DNA of 61,487 nucleotides from positions 1-61,487 of the forward strand of contig JBAYKO010000004.1 in the NCBI GenBank assembly GCA_041664605.1, written 5' to 3'. The DNA comes from Minisyncoccota bacterium (GTDB lineage: Bacteria > Patescibacteriota > Minisyncoccia > Phycocordibacterales > UBA9973). The position numbers and the translations under genes are program-made. The notes beneath the pieces were generated by a model, which was not told the DNA's origin, did not search any database, and worked only from the letters and a program-made list of their open reading frames with translations. This document shows, in pieces, positions 46,543 to 56,184 of the stretch. Every line of letters begins with the position of its first letter. Positions within the stretch are counted from its first letter, which is position 1.

Positions 46543-47967
46543 ATGAATACCAAGGCACCAATTATTCAACAACATGAATTATTACCTAATTGTAATAATA
46601 ATTGCGGTTTTTGTTACAATCCAGAAAGATGCTGGAAACAAACTTTTACACCTCGCAAAGAGGACGAAAATCTTAATCTGAAAATTACCGAGCTTTCTAT
46701 TAGTAAAGGTATTATGGCTAGTTGTTTAACTGGCGGAGAACCAACACTTGTACCTAAGCATTTACTAAATCTTCTGCAAATTTATAAAAATGTAGGATGT
46801 TACAAAAGTATTAATTCAAACGGCAGATTAATTGATAAATCTTTAGCAAAAAAACTAAAAGATGTAGACCTAAACTCTGCATTAATATCAATACATGGGG
46901 TTGGCCAATTACACAACTACATGGTTGGTGATAATAATGCATTTATTGAAACAAAGAATGGTATAGCTAATCTTATGGAAGCTGGCATTCATGTTGTTCC
47001 AAATTTTGTTGCTACTGCTAAAAACATTCATGGACTAGAAGATGTAGGGATAATGTTACTTAAAATGGGTTTAAACTTTATGACAGTTACGCCATTTTTA
47101 CCCTCATGGGCAACACCTGAGCATGAACAATACATCATGCAGACAGAAAATTATAGGAAATATTTTGAAGTCATAAGTAAAATTGGGAAACTGGGAATGA
47201 AAATTGACTCTACCCTACCAATTCCACCATGTGTGCTTATAAAATTCTTTCCTGATAATTGGGTTGATTATTTAGAAGTTCTTTCGCCACGAGTTTGTAT
47301 GGCAGGAAAATCTTTTGGAGTAATATCTCCCGATGGAATGTTTCGTTCTTGTATTCAGGCACCATATTTCGAAACTTATGGCGGAAATGTTGTTGATGAA
47401 TATGAAAAAAGTTGGAAAAGAAGCAATAAATGGGCAGATTTAAAACTTTTGCCAAAAGAATGCTTAGAGTGTAAAGCACTTTCAGTTTGTGGAGGAGGCT
47501 GTAGGACAAGTTGTCTTTGGGAAAACAATGGTTCACCCTTTGGAAAAACTATGTATATGGATAAACCATTATCAGAAACCGAAGCACAATATTTCATTAA
47601 ACGTACAGAGGTCAAAATTGAATCAAAAAATGGACCATATGCTTGGCAACCACAAATCAAGATGAGAGATGAAGGCTGGGGTATAATAATTTTTAATTCC
47701 AACAATCAATCATTTTGCTTGCTCGCTTCAGAATTTAGAAAATATCTAAAAACTGAAAGTTTAGATATACAAGATAAACATACAACTGAAGTACTTTTAT
47801 CTTTTGGAGCAATAAATAAGACAGATAAAATTTCTAATATTACTGTGATACCGAATGAAATTAAATCACTTCCCGCAAACATCATATTTCCAAGATTAGC
47901 AGATGGCTTAACAAATGACATAGTACGTGAATTAAGGAGTGATACGGGAGAAAGATTAAGGTTTTAA
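46543..47967 (+). CDS. Radical SAM/SPASM domain protein with a C-terminal extension
   Basis: CNNNCGFC, TGGEP; SPASM CMAG...ISPDG...C and CLEC..LSVCGGGC...C. Confidence 0.92.
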   Translation: MNTKAPIIQQHELLPNCNNNCGFCYNPERCWKQTFTPRKEDENLNLKITELSISKGIMASCLTGGEPTLVPKHLLNLLQIYKNVGCYKSINSNGRLIDKSLAKKLKDVDLNSALISIHGVGQLHNYMVGDNNAFIETKNGIANLMEAGIHVVPNFVATAKNIHGLEDVGIMLLKMGLNFMTVTPFLPSWATPEHEQYIMQTENYRKYFEVISKIGKLGMKIDSTLPIPPCVLIKFFPDNWVDYLEVLSPRVCMAGKSFGVISPDGMFRSCIQAPYFETYGGNVVDEYEKSWKRSNKWADLKLLPKECLECKALSVCGGGCRTSCLWENNGSPFGKTMYMDKPLSETEAQYFIKRTEVKIESKNGPYAWQPQIKMRDEGWGIIIFNSNNQSFCLLASEFRKYLKTESLDIQDKHTTEVLLSFGAINKTDKISNITVIPNEIKSLPANIIFPRLADGLTNDIVRELRSDTGERLRF

Positions 47968-47971
47968 TTTT

Positions 47972-48006
47972 AAACCCCTCACATTAAATTTTAATGTGAG
48001 GGGTTT
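47972..48006. terminator. Bidirectional terminator
   Basis: aaacccctcacattaa-att-ttaatgtgaggggttt. Confidence 0.85.
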
Positions 48007-48039
48007 TTATTTGAAATATTCTTCAAGAGAAATTATTAT

Positions 48040-48441
48040 TTAGAAACTAACTTTTTCTTCAACAGAAATAGTTTTTATTGTTATTGCATCTACTTTTACA
48101 GATAGATTTGTTGTCTTATTAGCGACAATTGCTTGTATGTTTATTAGTTTAAACCCTATTCCTGACTCAATTGGTTTTATTTCACAAGTATTACTTTCTA
48201 TGGATATATTCTCATTGCCTGCGTAATTTATATTTTCGGCAAGTTTTAATTTAGCATAATCCAAACATCCAAGTGCTAGGGAAAAACTTTTATCTTTTTC
48301 CACAATAGACCCAGAATCTAGTCTACTCCAAAAACTAGCGTTAGAAGATACTGATGCAATTAAAAAAATAATAATTGATAAAATTATTGAAGTTATTAAA
48401 GCAATAAAACCATTATTTTTTTGTTTTTTATAATATTTCAT
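48040..48441 (-). CDS. Minor pilin-like protein (PilX-like)
   Basis: KQKNNG|FIALITSIILS class III signal without E5. Confidence 0.75.
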   Translation of the reverse strand: MKYYKKQKNNGFIALITSIILSIIIFLIASVSSNASFWSRLDSGSIVEKDKSFSLALGCLDYAKLKLAENINYAGNENISIESNTCEIKPIESGIGFKLINIQAIVANKTTNLSVKVDAITIKTISVEEKVSF

Positions 48442-48455
48442 TTGATTTTATAAAA

Positions 48456-49016
48456 TTAAGGTAATACATAATAAAATATGGTTGAAGAATTAATTGATTG
48501 AGATATCACACTTTGTAAATTTAAAGAAACTTTAATCGTTGGTTTTGACTGAACTGCATCAAAATATTCTACATTAAAATTAGTAACCTTAACAGAATCA
48601 TTTGTAATGGGAACAGGAGTCCCGTTGTTTAAACTTAAATTTACCTTTTCAGAAGTTAGTGTAAATGAAGCAGGATAAACACCGGAAACTAACCCCGAAA
48701 AAGAAAGAGTATGGTCTGGGGTTCCAATAATTGGGCTCGTTACAGCAGTTGATTGATTAATAATCCATTGTATTTTTTTATCAACCATTTCCTGGTTTGC
48801 GATTATTTCTTTTCTTGCCAAAGATGCGTTATCAGCTTTTGCAATTGAATTAAAAAAAGTTATAGATATAACTAAAAAAACAGATAGCATTCCTGAATAC
48901 AAGACAGTTTCCATTAGACTAAATCCAGCACCAAATTTATTCTCTGAATAAATTTGGTGCTGGATAAACCCATACTCTGACTTTGTTTTATTTTTTGTTT
49001 TTTTAAAAATAAACAT
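48456..49016 (-). CDS. Minor pilin-like protein with a palindromic insertion in the leader
   Basis: YGF-IQHQIYSENKFGAG|FSLMETVLY. Confidence 0.8.
   Translation of the reverse strand: MFIFKKTKNKTKSEYGFIQHQIYSENKFGAGFSLMETVLYSGMLSVFLVISITFFNSIAKADNASLARKEIIANQEMVDKKIQWIINQSTAVTSPIIGTPDHTLSFSGLVSGVYPASFTLTSEKVNLSLNNGTPVPITNDSVKVTNFNVEYFDAVQSKPTIKVSLNLQSVISQSINSSTIFYYVLP
48923..48965. repeat. CCAGCAC-family palindrome in frame in a prepilin leader
   Basis: atccagcaccaaatttattc-tct-gaataaatttggtgctggat; perfect 20-bp arms. Confidence 0.9.
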
Positions 49017-49027
49017 GATTTAAATAC

Positions 49028-50485
49028 TTATTGTGAAGTAATAATTCGAAGTGAATCATTAGAACGGACAGAAACATAGATTACATTGTCTTCATAATCT
49101 ATACCCGACGCAACCTGAGGAAAATTAAAGGAACTCCAAAGAGTGGGGTTTATCGGGTCAGTAATATTCCAAACTTGAAATTCATTATTTGGATCATCTG
49201 TCGCCAAAAACATTAAGTAGTCTTTTATAAAAAGATCATTGATACTTGAGTTAAAATTTTTAGATTCAATAGTTAGTGGGTTAGTTGGGGTAGATATATC
49301 AAGAGTATATAATTCATGATGATCAACATGATTTCCTCCAACTGTTCTTCCAAGATAAAGTTTGGGAAAAACTAAACACAAAGACTTTCCATCTTCTGTA
49401 TTACCATTGGCATCAAAATCATTAATTGTCGTAATACTTGCAGGATTATTTACATCTAAAATTTTTAATTCTTTATCATCATTGGATAACGAAAGATAAG
49501 CAATATTATCCTTAACTATAATTGCATTAACATCGCCATTAATTTCATAACTACCTAATTCTTGTGGATTTGATGGTATAGAAACATCAATAATATGAAA
49601 TTCTGGCCCATTCGCTTGATTGGTTCCAATATAAATTTTTTGAGAATCATAAAATATAGAATTCCCAACAGCCCCACTCCCCGAAACACCAATCAAGTGA
49701 AATGATGCATAAAGAGTTGGCGAGTTTATATTGGACACATCTATTATTTGGAGTTGATTGCTTGTTGATTTATTAGCAACATATGCGTAATTTCTAGCAA
49801 CATCAACAGCATTCAAGCCTGTACCAGTATTTACACTGGAAACAATAAACGGACTATTTCCATTTGTTGCATCAACAATATAAAAATCTGCTTTTTTATT
49901 ATCTGAAGCTTCTGTCGATAAATATACAATTTTATTTACAACATCTAAATCTGTCGCCGAATTTCCAGCGCCCAAATCAACAGATCCTAATGTTTGAGGG
50001 TGCAACCAATCACCAGCAAGCCCTGTACCTCCAGTATCTCCACCCGTTGCGGAAACATCAAACCAATCTGATACAATGCTTAATAATTCTACTTCTAAAT
50101 CCTTATGTGATTCTGATTCCCAATCAACAACACTTTTAATTGTTTTCTCATCTTTATTGATTGTTGTTATTTGAATTTTTCTAGTAAAAATATCGTTTTC
50201 ATCTTGGTCCCCTAATAATTCCCATTTTCCATTTGTAAAAGAGAGTCCATAAATTCCATCTGGTGTAGATTTCCAGTTATTTTCTAAGACAGATTTTACC
50301 CCAACAATACCCTCTTTACTTAAAACTCTTGCAGTGAATTCATTTTCTCTGTCTGTTAAGATTTTCTGACCACTCCAGAATAGAATGACAGAAAAACCAA
50401 TAGCAGTTGATAATAGAAAAAGAGCTATAACTATTTCTATCATACTGCTTCCTTTTTCATTTTTTTGATTTTGATTTTTATTCAT
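49028..50485 (-). CDS. Minor pilin-like protein with C-terminal LVIVD-repeat beta-propeller
   Basis: EKG|SSMIEIVIAL; repeats LQIIDVSNINSP, FHIIDVSIPSNP, LKILDVNNP. Confidence 0.82.
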   Translation of the reverse strand: MNKNQNQKNEKGSSMIEIVIALFLLSTAIGFSVILFWSGQKILTDRENEFTARVLSKEGIVGVKSVLENNWKSTPDGIYGLSFTNGKWELLGDQDENDIFTRKIQITTINKDEKTIKSVVDWESESHKDLEVELLSIVSDWFDVSATGGDTGGTGLAGDWLHPQTLGSVDLGAGNSATDLDVVNKIVYLSTEASDNKKADFYIVDATNGNSPFIVSSVNTGTGLNAVDVARNYAYVANKSTSNQLQIIDVSNINSPTLYASFHLIGVSGSGAVGNSIFYDSQKIYIGTNQANGPEFHIIDVSIPSNPQELGSYEINGDVNAIIVKDNIAYLSLSNDDKELKILDVNNPASITTINDFDANGNTEDGKSLCLVFPKLYLGRTVGGNHVDHHELYTLDISTPTNPLTIESKNFNSSINDLFIKDYLMFLATDDPNNEFQVWNITDPINPTLWSSFNFPQVASGIDYEDNVIYVSVRSNDSLRIITSQ

Positions 50486-50501
50486 AATTCTTATTTTTTT
50501 A

Positions 50502-50984
50502 CTACCAATTTAAGGCACCCTCACTGTTAACATCAATTGTTCTAGAAGCTTGCCCTTCACTTAAAGTAAAAGACCCAGACTGAATTGGTTTTCCAGAAAC
50601 TGGAGAAAAAACTATTTCATTTAAACCATTTATATTAATTGATTCATTGCGCTCATATGTTTCGTCATAGATTAAATCACGATTATTAAAATCTATCCCT
50701 TTAAAAATCACTATGTGTTCTGGTTGAATGGATACACCAAATTTGTTTTCAAAATTATTAGACATGGCAAGATTTTCTGCTCGGCGTAATATACTTACCA
50801 AGGTTCTTGTTTCAAAAGTAACAAAATATCTTCGATAAAAATCAATAGTAAATGGTAGTGACACAGCAGCTAAAAGACCTAAGATAGCTAACGTTATTAC
50901 TATTTCAATTAAAGTAAATCCAACACCAAGTTTCTTTTTTGAAAAAATTTGGTGCTGGATAAACCCTTTTTGTTTTTTATACAT
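50502..50984 (-). CDS. Prepilin-type protein (FimT/GspH-like), start revised to 50984, with a leader insertion
   Basis: MYKKQKGF-IQHQIFSKKKLGVG|FTLIEIVITLAIL. Confidence 0.85.
   Translation of the reverse strand: MYKKQKGFIQHQIFSKKKLGVGFTLIEIVITLAILGLLAAVSLPFTIDFYRRYFVTFETRTLVSILRRAENLAMSNNFENKFGVSIQPEHIVIFKGIDFNNRDLIYDETYERNESININGLNEIVFSPVSGKPIQSGSFTLSEGQASRTIDVNSEGALNW
50918..50960. repeat. CCAGCAC-family palindrome in frame in a prepilin leader
   Basis: atccaacaccaa...ttggtgctggat; 43 nt, the same length as the 48923 copy. Confidence 0.85.
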
Positions 50985-50994
50985 AATTCTTGTT

Positions 50995-52071
50995 TTACAG
51001 ACCTTGGGTAACTTTATAAATAGGAGTGACAATAGAAAGGGCGATAAAACCAACTGAAAGTCCCATAAAAAGAAGTAGTGCTGGCTCAATTAATGTCGTT
51101 ATATTTTTTATTTGTTCATCAACTTCACTTTCATAATATTCTGCAAGATAAAACATATTTTCTTCTAATTGACCTGAGGACTCCCCAACTTTTATCATTC
51201 CTATAAACATGGGTGGAAAATATTTTGGTTCTGTTTGTAAATAATTAGAAAGTGTTTCTCCCCTGTTTATATATTCAATTAATTTTTCCATTTTTTGTTT
51301 ATATAAAAGATTATTAAAAGTTCCAGAAGATACAGAAATAGCGTCAACTAAATTCATTCCGCTTTTTAAAAGAATTCCTATTGATCTTGAAAAATTCGTT
51401 AAAGTAAGATCAGTTATTGTTTTAGAAATAAGTGGTAAAGAGAGAAGAAATTTATGGTAAATAAAACGAACTTTTTTAACCCTAAACATAAACTTAAGTC
51501 CTATAACAAATGAAACAAGAGAGATAGCAGAAATAACACCATAATGTTTAAGGAAATCTAAAAGACCTATGACGATTCTTGTTGTAATTGGAAGTTCAAC
51601 TTTCAAACTAGTAAATATTGGCAATATTTTTGGAAAAATAAAAACAACTAAAAAAGCAGTCATGCTTAGGGTTATACAAAGAAGAACCATTGGATAAATC
51701 ATTGCTGAACGAACTTTTCCTTTAGTATCTTTTTGTTTTTTTAATTCGGTAGCAATATAAAGTAAACTCTCAGAAAGATTACCGCTCGATTCTCCAACTT
51801 TAACTATACTTATAAAAAAATCACCAAAAATATCGTGAAATTCATTTAGAGCACCAGCAAAAGATTGCCCTTTATTAACACTTCCTATTATTTCATTAAT
51901 TACTTTGACAAAATATTTAGAATCAGTTTGTTTAGTTAAAAGACCAAGAATTGTTCCTATTGGAATACCGCTCTTAATACCAACAGAAAGATTTCTCGCA
52001 AAGTTTATTTTCTCTTGCAAGCTAACGCTATTCATAAAACTATTAATCTTTTTCTTTTTCTTTTTTTCCAT
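50995..52071 (-). CDS. pilC: Type II secretion F / PilC inner membrane platform protein
   Basis: VKVGESSGNL, SAMIYP, IKVGESSGQL, LIEPALLL. Confidence 0.93.
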   Translation of the reverse strand: MEKKKKKKINSFMNSVSLQEKINFARNLSVGIKSGIPIGTILGLLTKQTDSKYFVKVINEIIGSVNKGQSFAGALNEFHDIFGDFFISIVKVGESSGNLSESLLYIATELKKQKDTKGKVRSAMIYPMVLLCITLSMTAFLVVFIFPKILPIFTSLKVELPITTRIVIGLLDFLKHYGVISAISLVSFVIGLKFMFRVKKVRFIYHKFLLSLPLISKTITDLTLTNFSRSIGILLKSGMNLVDAISVSSGTFNNLLYKQKMEKLIEYINRGETLSNYLQTEPKYFPPMFIGMIKVGESSGQLEENMFYLAEYYESEVDEQIKNITTLIEPALLLFMGLSVGFIALSIVTPIYKVTQGL

Positions 52072-52100
52072 TCTATAGTTTTTATCTGTTTTGAATAATC

Positions 52101-53342
52101 TTATTCGTAAGTTATCCTCAAAACTTCTTCCACTGTAGTTACTCCTTGAAAAGCTTTTTGTAATCCATCTTCTAGCATTGTCTGCATTCCTTTTGTCATG
52201 GCCATTTGTTTTATTTGACTAGCATCAGCGTTTGCAATAATTAATTTTCTTATTTCATCATTAACTTCTAACACTTCGTGTATTCCGGTTCTTCCTGTAT
52301 AACCTGTTTTATTACACTTATCGCAACCGTCTCCTACTGTGTAAGTTTTTTCGTTTTTTATTTCATAACTTGGATCATGCCCTAGATTTTCCCTAAGTAC
52401 CATAGTTAGTGCATTTTTTTCAGAATCATCAAGAGTATGTTCTTTTCTACAACCATCACAAACTTTTCTAACTAACCTTTGCCCAATAACAACATTTAAA
52501 GTTGATGCAATTAAAAATGGTTCAATATCCATATCAACTAAACGAGGGAATGTTGTAGCTGCATCATTTGTGTGTAAAGTTGAAAACATTAAGTGTCCTG
52601 TTAAAGCAGCATTAACAGCAATACCTGCAGTTTCTTTATCTCTTATTTCTCCAACCATGATTATATCTGGATCTTGTCTTAAAATAGCACGGAGTCCATT
52701 TCCAAAATTTAATCCTGCTTGCACATTAACTGGCATTTGAGTAATCCCAGAAACGGAATATTCGATAGGATCTTCAATAGTAATAATTGAACGTTCTCTT
52801 ACATTTAATTTTTTTAGAAGTGTATAAAGTGTAGTAGATTTTCCAGAACCCGTAGGACCATTTGCTAAAATCATACCGTAAGGTTTTTTTACAGCCTTTT
52901 CAATAATATCAATCTGTTCAGGAGTAAAACCAAGTTCGACTAAAGTAAATTGTGTTGTTTCAGCTAAAACTCTCATAACAACATTTTCTCCATAATAAGT
53001 TGGAGCAATCGAAACACGAACATCAACTTCCGCAGAATCTTCTACTTTAGATTTAAATCTACCATCTTGAGGAATATGATGAATATCTATTTTGAGATCA
53101 GATAAAACTTTTATTCTAGAAACTACTTCTGCTTGAAGTTCTTTAGAAAAAAAGAAGCTATCAATCAAAATTCCATCCACTCTAAAACGTGCAACCACCC
53201 TGTCTGACATTGGTTCAAGGTGAACATCTGAAGCCCTAACTACATAAGCATATTCTATTAATAGATCAACAAAATCAATTACAGAAATTTTGTCCACTCC
53301 TTTATTAATTTCATTTTCAATAGATAATTTAAGATTTTCCAT
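52101..53342 (-). CDS. pilB: GspE/PilB-family assembly ATPase (lacks the N-terminal domain)
   Basis: ASDVHLEP, PQDGRF, GPTGSGKSTT, TIEDPIE, LRQDPDIIMVGEIRD, TGHLMFSTLHTND, tetra-Cys motif. Confidence 0.93.
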   Translation of the reverse strand: MENLKLSIENEINKGVDKISVIDFVDLLIEYAYVVRASDVHLEPMSDRVVARFRVDGILIDSFFFSKELQAEVVSRIKVLSDLKIDIHHIPQDGRFKSKVEDSAEVDVRVSIAPTYYGENVVMRVLAETTQFTLVELGFTPEQIDIIEKAVKKPYGMILANGPTGSGKSTTLYTLLKKLNVRERSIITIEDPIEYSVSGITQMPVNVQAGLNFGNGLRAILRQDPDIIMVGEIRDKETAGIAVNAALTGHLMFSTLHTNDAATTFPRLVDMDIEPFLIASTLNVVIGQRLVRKVCDGCRKEHTLDDSEKNALTMVLRENLGHDPSYEIKNEKTYTVGDGCDKCNKTGYTGRTGIHEVLEVNDEIRKLIIANADASQIKQMAMTKGMQTMLEDGLQKAFQGVTTVEEVLRITYE

Positions 53343-53507
53343 ATTACCCTAATTATAACAGATGAAAACCGAGCAAACAACTTATAAATATTTGCTTTTT
53401 ATACCGATATGTTATTATTTAAGAGTAATTTGATTTAGAGTTTTTAACTACTTCTAAATTCAAAGGTCGATTATAAATAAAAATCGAAATTTATAAAAAA
53501 TTTTTTT

Positions 53508-53987
53508 ATGTCAAAACAAAAAGGTTTTACTTTGATTGAACTTTTAGTAGTTATTGGTATCATTGCCATTTTGGCTGCAGTTGTTATTGTTGCTGTTAAC
53601 CCAGCTAGACAATTCGCTCAGACAAGAAATGCGCAAAGAACTGCTAGTGTCTCTACTATTCTAAATGCTATTGGGCAAAGAATTTCTGATAATAAAGGAA
53701 TCTTTGAAACAAACTGTGCAGCTGGTGTTATGCCAACAACTACCATAGCAATCCCCGCAACTGCAAAAAATATGTCTTCAACAGCTGGTGATTATGATAT
53801 TGCCCCATGTCTTGTTCCAACATATGTTTCAGCAATGCCTTTTGATCCGAGTGCTACTGATGCTCATTACACAAGCAACACAGACTATGATAGTGGCTTC
53901 ACTATACTAAAAAACGGTGATACTGGTCGCGTAACAATCGCTGCTCCAGGAGCTGAATTGTCTATAACAATCTCAGCAGAAAGATAA
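53508..53987 (+). CDS. Type IV pilin (major-pilin-like)
   Basis: KQKG|FTLIELLVVIGIIAILAAVVIVAVNP. Confidence 0.93.
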   Translation: MSKQKGFTLIELLVVIGIIAILAAVVIVAVNPARQFAQTRNAQRTASVSTILNAIGQRISDNKGIFETNCAAGVMPTTTIAIPATAKNMSSTAGDYDIAPCLVPTYVSAMPFDPSATDAHYTSNTDYDSGFTILKNGDTGRVTIAAPGAELSITISAER

Positions 53988-54016
53988 TTTTTTAAATTAA
54001 AAATATATCTAGATAT

Positions 54017-54048
54017 TAAAAACACCCCGATTTTAGCGGGGTGTTTTT
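54017..54048. terminator. Bidirectional terminator
   Basis: aaaaacaccccg-attttag-cggggtgttttt. Confidence 0.8.
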
Positions 54049-54059
54049 AATAATTTTTT

Positions 54060-54383
54060 TTAAAACCCCAATTTATCCATTTCATTCAAAATTGATCCAT
54101 AAAGCTCATCTTTATGTTCATTCCATGCTTGAGTTAGAGCATCTTTAAAATTTTCAAGTGCTTCTTCTTTATAACCAGATTTAAAATATAATCTTGCTCT
54201 TCTTAAATTTAATTCAATTACAGCATTTGGATTTTTGTCTTTTTCAACTTGTTTTTCTTGTTCAATTATCCATTCATTTAATAAATTTTTAGTTTCAAAA
54301 TCCCCCACTCCTTTTTCTTTAAGTAGGTTAATAAGGTGCTGTTCTTTATTTTCTATATTTTCAAAAGATAGTTTTTCTTCCAT
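54060..54383 (-). CDS. Hypothetical helical (TPR-like) protein
   Basis: RRARLYFKSGYKEEALENFKDAL. Confidence 0.6.
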   Translation of the reverse strand: MEEKLSFENIENKEQHLINLLKEKGVGDFETKNLLNEWIIEQEKQVEKDKNPNAVIELNLRRARLYFKSGYKEEALENFKDALTQAWNEHKDELYGSILNEMDKLGF

Positions 54384-54414
54384 TGGCGGAGGTAAGACTA
54401 AATTATTTATAATG

Positions 54415-54501
54415 CGGAGAGGGCGAGATTCGAACTCGCGAGCCCCTTTCGAAGCTTCTAGTTTTCAAGACTAGCGCCTTCAACCACTCAGCCACCTCTC
54501 C
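54415..54501 (-). tRNA. tRNA-Ser(TGA)
   Basis: GGAGAGG/CCTCTCC acceptor, G73, CTAGT-CTTGAAA-ACTAG, long variable arm. Confidence 0.95.
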
Positions 54502-54727
54502 GCATTATAAACAATTTTCTATTAATTTTTTAAAAGCTTCTCTATATATTACATACATAATTATATATGTATGTTTTCAATAATAGTTAAATTAGACCTA
54601 AAAGTAAAGCTTTTTATTATATGTTTATTTTTATTTTTGCAAAAAGTAATACAGATGATACCATTTATGAGTGGGAATTTTTAGTCTAATTTTCCGACAA
54701 TTATCATTTAGTATATAAATTGAAAAT

Positions 54728-55477
54728 ATGAAAAATATAAAATCATTAGTCGCTTTATTTTTACTAGTTGGTTTGTTTGTTCCAGCTATTATGTTTGCTG
54801 AGGATCAAGTAGGAGCTTCTACAAAAATGATCGGTTTTTGTTCAAAAATAACAACAAAAGAAAAAACTTTTGAAGATAACACTTTATCAAAAGAACAAAA
54901 ATCACTTAATAGAAAAGAGTCCCAGAATATAATTTGGGATGCAAAAAAAACTTTAACTGAAAGTAAGAAAGACAAAACAAGAGCTTTTGTTGATGAAAAA
55001 AGAGAACTTAATTTCTCGAATGTAGAAGTTCGTGCAAAAACTGATGCACAAAAACAAGCAGTTGAAACTTATAAAACAACTATTAAAACAGCAATAGAAA
55101 ATAGGAGAACTATAATAGACTCAGCTATAAATAATTGGAGAACAACTGTTGAAAAAAATACCTTGGCAAGAAGAGCATCAGTTAATACAATTTGGACAAC
55201 ATTCAAAACAACTGTTGATTCAGCTTTATTAAAAGCAAAAACAGATTGCGCAACTGGGACAAAGCAAGATATTATAAAAACAACATTCAATGAGACTGTT
55301 AGAGTTGCAAGAGAAAAAATGGAAACAGACAGAAAAGCATTATTTAACGTTTCAGCTCAAGTAGAATCCTTGAACCAAATAAAGAGAGATATTATAAAAA
55401 AGGCACAAGATGACTTTAAGGCAGTAGTTGAAAAAGCAAAAGCTGACTTAAAAATAGCTTTTCCAAACAAAAAATAA
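54728..55477 (+). CDS. Secreted coiled-coil hypothetical protein
   Basis: Signal peptide ...VPAIMFA|E; K/E/A-rich helical body. Confidence 0.75.
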   Translation: MKNIKSLVALFLLVGLFVPAIMFAEDQVGASTKMIGFCSKITTKEKTFEDNTLSKEQKSLNRKESQNIIWDAKKTLTESKKDKTRAFVDEKRELNFSNVEVRAKTDAQKQAVETYKTTIKTAIENRRTIIDSAINNWRTTVEKNTLARRASVNTIWTTFKTTVDSALLKAKTDCATGTKQDIIKTTFNETVRVAREKMETDRKALFNVSAQVESLNQIKRDIIKKAQDDFKAVVEKAKADLKIAFPNKK

Positions 55478-55493
55478 CTAAATTTTTTAATTT

Positions 55494-55520
55494 CAAAAAA
55501 TCCGCATTTGCGGGTTTTTT
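55494..55520 (+). terminator. Terminator
   Basis: aaaaaatccgc-attt-gcgggtttttt. Confidence 0.75.
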
Positions 55521-55558
55521 GTATAGCCTTTTAAATTAATATTTGTTAAAATCTAGAC

Positions 55559-56032
55559 ATGAATGAAAAGAAAATATTTGAATGGAATTCTTATGAATTC
55601 ATTCATAAAGAAAAAAAGGTTGATTGGTATTGGGCATTAGGAATAATCGCCATATCGGGAACTATTATTTCAATAATTTATAAAAATTATATTTTTGCAA
55701 TTTTTATAGTTCTGGCTTCTACAGCTCTCGCCTTTTTTGGATCAAAACCACCTGAAATAATAACAATCAAAATAGATAGGAAAGGAATAAAAATACAAGA
55801 CTTGCTTTATTCATATAAAAACATAAAATCATTTTGGGTAAATAAAAGTGAAGACAAATTGATTCTTGATTCAAGTAGAGCTTTTATGCCAATAATGGTT
55901 ATACCAACCAAAGATATTAATGGTGTTGAAATTGAAGAAGACGAATTAAGAGATTTTCTTTTGCAGTTTTTAAAGGAAGAAGAAACAAAAGAACCAATGT
56001 CCCAAAAATTTATGGATTATTTGGGATTTTAA
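55559..56032 (+). CDS. CPR-type two-TM protein with a PH-like cytoplasmic domain
   Basis: EW...E..HKEK..DWYW, two TM helices, Y..IKSFWV, ending ..DYLGF. Confidence 0.75.
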   Translation: MNEKKIFEWNSYEFIHKEKKVDWYWALGIIAISGTIISIIYKNYIFAIFIVLASTALAFFGSKPPEIITIKIDRKGIKIQDLLYSYKNIKSFWVNKSEDKLILDSSRAFMPIMVIPTKDINGVEIEEDELRDFLLQFLKEEETKEPMSQKFMDYLGF

Positions 56033-56116
56033 ATAAGTGGATTTTTAAATATAAAACTGTTAATCTGATAAAGATAACAGTTTTATTTTTAATATATTAA
56101 ATTAATAATATAAAAT

Positions 56117-56183
56117 GCCCTCATAGTTCAAAGCCGACGCAAAAGTCGGCTCTCCGACGCAATAGTCGTCGGAGCGGATAGAA
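56117..56183 (+). pseudogene. tRNA-Arg 5' fragment with a 43-nt D-loop insertion, truncated by the GIY-YIG gene
   Basis: GCCCTCATAGTTCAA-[insert 56132-56174]-CGGATAGAA; 24-bp direct repeat with 56449-56472. Confidence 0.85.
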
Positions 56184-56184
56184 T

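Noticed and set aside
17007-47921. Other short antisense or overlapping ORFs (e.g. 17007, 17027, 20829, 21582, 21703, 22924, 23406, 25593, 32346, 32956, 34219, 36370, 36712, 37379, 38840, 39000, 39696, 39806, 40085, 47237, 47376, 47706)
   Set aside because: Shadows of real genes or tRNAs; no independent support.
48040-53987. Pilus cluster as a novel system
   Set aside because: PilB/PilC/minor pilin clusters are standard in CPR; only the leader insertions are unusual.
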